Positions 62,110 to 64,000 of a DNA stretch of 64,000 nt are shown here, piece after piece (positions within the stretch are counted from its first letter, which is position 1; the number at the start of each line of letters is the position of its first letter). Made by a program: the position numbers and the translations under genes. The DNA is from Clostridiales bacterium (GTDB lineage Bacteria > Bacillota > Clostridia > Oscillospirales > Oscillospiraceae). The notes beneath the pieces are model-generated. The model made no database searches, was not told where the DNA came from, and worked only from the letters and a program-made list of their open reading frames with translations. The stretch covers positions 438 to 64,437 of the forward strand of contig JAJPWY010000022.1 of assembly GCA_021205725.1 (NCBI GenBank), in the 5' to 3' direction.

Positions 62110-63294
62110 TTACAGCAGCCCGATCACGAAGCCCGCCATCAGGACAGACAGGATGGTCACTACCGTAATGCCGCCCACCACATAGGGCACGTTCAGCGTA
62201 TCCTCGATGTACGTCTTTTCCTCCGGAGTCTCACCCACGGCCTCCGCCACCTCACGGCAGATGACCACATTGCTGGGGAAGCCCAGGAACTGCTCCACGC
62301 CGATGCCCATGGCCAGGTCTTTGTCCCCCACCAGCAGCTTACCGATGGGCAGCACATAGCTCACCAGCACCACGCCTGCGATCGCCAGGGCAAAGAGCAG
62401 GATGGTCTGAACCGCCATAGACCCCAGGTCGGACAGGGAGACCGTCGCCAGGGAGGGGATGATGGAGCCGTAGATGGCGATCATCAAAATCCCGTAGGAG
62501 GAGCCCCGCTGCAACGGCTTGGGCGGGATGAAGCCGCCGATCCCGGACAGGGACCCCAGGATCAGCGCCCACACCGCATAGTTGATGGGGGTTACGCCGC
62601 CGAGACTTCTGGCCAGCCAACCGCCGATGCACACGATGGCGATGTCCAGATTCGCCGTGTACAGCGCCTGATGCTTCTCATAGAAGGGAACCTTTTCCGA
62701 GGATACGCTGCTCTGCTTTGCCTTCAGTGCCGCCATCTTCCCCTCCGGGTCGGTGCGGAACTCCGCCGCCAGCTTTTTGGCGTATTTCAGGCCCATGGCG
62801 GAGGCGATGGGCGCACCCACCAGCTTCTGCACCGAATAGATCACCGCGCAGAGGGCGGCGGCGGTGGTCAGCCCCTTTTCCGTGGCTGCCGCCGTCATCA
62901 GCGAGGTGGCCATGGCTCCGCCGTTGATGACCGGCATCCCTATCAGGACGGTGTCCAGCCCGATCATCGGCGCCGCCAGGAGCAGCAGCAGACAGGAGGC
63001 CACCATGCAGAGGGCCGCCATCAGGACTGTTTTCCACTCCCGGATTAGCTGCCGGACGTTGATGGTCGTCCCCATATTAAAAAGAACCATGGCGATGGCC
63101 AGGCTGGACAGCTCGGTCAGCCCCGCTTGGTCGATGATGTCCGCCGGGAAAATCCCCGCCAGGAACCCCACCAGAAAAATCAGCATGACGATCATCATGC
63201 CAGACAGCCGGCCCTTTGTAAAATGGGCGACCAGATCGCCCAGTGCGAACACGACCACCACTACCATCAGGTAAAAATACATACTGCTGAACAT
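62110..63294 (-). CDS. Polytopic membrane transporter-like protein, family not recognised
   Basis: 394 aa. Two hydrophobic halves joined by a charged loop (KKLAAEFRTDPEGKMAALKAKQ). 22 nt upstream of the M20 gene. Confidence 0.6.
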   Translation of the reverse strand: MFSSMYFYLMVVVVVFALGDLVAHFTKGRLSGMMIVMLIFLVGFLAGIFPADIIDQAGLTELSSLAIAMVLFNMGTTINVRQLIREWKTVLMAALCMVASCLLLLLAAPMIGLDTVLIGMPVINGGAMATSLMTAAATEKGLTTAAALCAVIYSVQKLVGAPIASAMGLKYAKKLAAEFRTDPEGKMAALKAKQSSVSSEKVPFYEKHQALYTANLDIAIVCIGGWLARSLGGVTPINYAVWALILGSLSGIGGFIPPKPLQRGSSYGILMIAIYGSIIPSLATVSLSDLGSMAVQTILLFALAIAGVVLVSYVLPIGKLLVGDKDLAMGIGVEQFLGFPSNVVICREVAEAVGETPEEKTYIEDTLNVPYVVGGITVVTILSVLMAGFVIGLL

Positions 63295-63375
63295 ATTCTC
63301 TCTCCTCCTTTTCTAATCCTGAAACACAATTTGCTTTTTGCGCTCTCTCAAAAACGCCGTAGCTCAATTTGCCAT

Positions 63376-63404
63376 ATTATACCAGAAATGAGGCCGGGTG
63401 TATA
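63376..63404 (-). promoter_or_regulatory. Candidate promoter for the transporter-M20 operon
   Basis: Minus strand: TATACA (63404-63399), 17 nt, TATAAT (63381-63376), preceded by TGg. Confidence 0.45.
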
Positions 63405-63537
63405 GTTTTTTTAAGGCGGATTTTACAGAAATGTGAAGGGTTCGTCAATGAAACTTTACACGCTGAAAGAGAAGAAAGAACGTCTTTTGGAGACTGCGCT
63501 CTGCTTTGCCGCTGTGTCTGTGAGTGGAGGGACGAAT

Positions 63538-63581
63538 CAGCACCCGAACACAGGTCTTGGCCTGTATCCGGGTGCTGTTTT
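63538..63581. terminator. Hairpin 8 nt after the 63586 stop
   Basis: CAGCACCCG...CGGGTGCTG with an inner ACAGG/CCTGT stem. The T-tract (TTTT) is on the + strand only, so function on the - strand is uncertain. Confidence 0.4.
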
Positions 63582-63585
63582 GTGC

Positions 63586-64000
63586 TTACTCCATTGTCAA
63601 AGTCAGCTTATTTTGGCTCTCCGGTATCCTGTCTGCGGTGAAGGGATTGATATTGCACAGGCAGTAGACGTATTGCCCCTGCGTCACCTCGAAGCTGCCG
63701 TCACCCTCCAGCACGCTGTCGTACGCCTGGGGCAGGAAGCGGATGGCATCGTCAAAGGGCTCGTCCAGCACATAGAAGCTCCACACCACTTCCTCGGCGT
63801 CACAGCCCACATCGGCTGGCGAGAATTCCTCCGCAGTTACGCTGACGGCCTGATAGGTTCCCGATTGGGCGGCCTGGAAGGAGAATGAGCCGCTGTCGTA
63901 TACCTCGGAGGCATCCACCGTCATGAGGGTGGCATCAGTCTGTCCCTCCTCAGAGGCCTCAAATCCGATGACCAGGGTGCTGACCCCGGAGACGGCTTGT
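63586..64000 (-). CDS. Hypothetical protein, 3' part (open reading frame continues past the right edge)
   Basis: The frame stays open from 63924 to 64000 upstream of the ORF-track Met (..QAVSGVSTLVIGFEASEEGQTDATLMTVDASEVY..). Acidic, with no recognisable motif. Confidence 0.5.
   Translation of the reverse strand, partial: QAVSGVSTLVIGFEASEEGQTDATLMTVDASEVYDSGSFSFQAAQSGTYQAVSVTAEEFSPADVGCDAEEVVWSFYVLDEPFDDAIRFLPQAYDSVLEGDGSFEVTQGQYVYCLCNINPFTADRIPESQNKLTLTME

Noticed and set aside
47809-63048. Antisense ORFs over the dehydrogenase, rpoD, dnaG, dgt-like, pyr and transporter genes (47809-49233, 49618-50334, 50306-51013, 51059-52306, 52950-54047, 54506-55654, 57387-58115, 57874-59082, 59318-60460, 62065-63048).
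   Set aside because: Same reasoning as above. They are shadow ORFs of GC-rich genes whose sense-strand products carry diagnostic motifs.
63433-63888. 151-aa + strand ORF, plus the idea of a small + strand gene ending at the T-tract hairpin at 63538-63581.
   Set aside because: The ORF runs antisense through the better-supported minus-strand gene (63586-64000+). No promoter with proper spacing was found upstream. The hairpin is kept only as a low-confidence terminator.
1-64000. CRISPR arrays, tRNA/rRNA genes, integrases, transposases, terminal inverted repeats of IS elements.
   Set aside because: I scanned the intergenic regions and the ORF translations. I found no regularly spaced short direct repeats, no cloverleaf-like or rRNA-like segments, and no recombinase or transposase motifs (no DDE, tyrosine- or serine-recombinase signatures). 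The accessory segments therefore cannot be called mobile elements from this window alone.

Overview
The window is GC-rich and looks Firmicute/Clostridia-like (an Oscillospiraceae-type gut anaerobe; this is inference from gene content and synteny only). It is mostly core chromosome.

Core genes, left to right:
- ylxM fragment
- a giant Cgs/NdvB-like cyclic beta-1,2-glucan synthase homolog
- an M16 peptidase pair
- lgt and folD
- an RluA-family synthase plus an orphan PotD-like lipoprotein
- yceD-rpmF, der-plsY-gpsA
- a ppk1-pfkA-like pair
- a SEDS-bPBP pair
- a DEAD-box helicase
- dgt-like, dnaG, rpoD
- pyrC-pyrF-pyrK-pyrD
- an M20 peptidase plus a transporter

Accessory or unusual parts:
1. 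Two convergent giant surface-protein genes (LRR-type, 18436-22260; lipase-bearing, 28098-32630). Their 3' 1.6 kb plus terminators form an inverted repeat around a 5.7-kb cassette.
2. A tight 7-gene cluster (38926-44293): Y-family polymerase, a low-GC unknown gene, YolD-like, a zinc-ribbon protein, an AlkZ-related protein, DUF2971 and a membrane protein.
3. A lower-GC PadR/HAAS-like module and duplicated small membrane-protein cassettes (44.3-47.8 kb).
4. A TM1266/ACT-like small protein between two D-2-hydroxyacid dehydrogenase paralogs.

I saw no rRNA, tRNA, CRISPR array, integrase or transposase. Many long ORF-track entries are antisense artefacts of GC-rich coding DNA. All family assignments come from motif recognition by eye and have not been checked by any database search.
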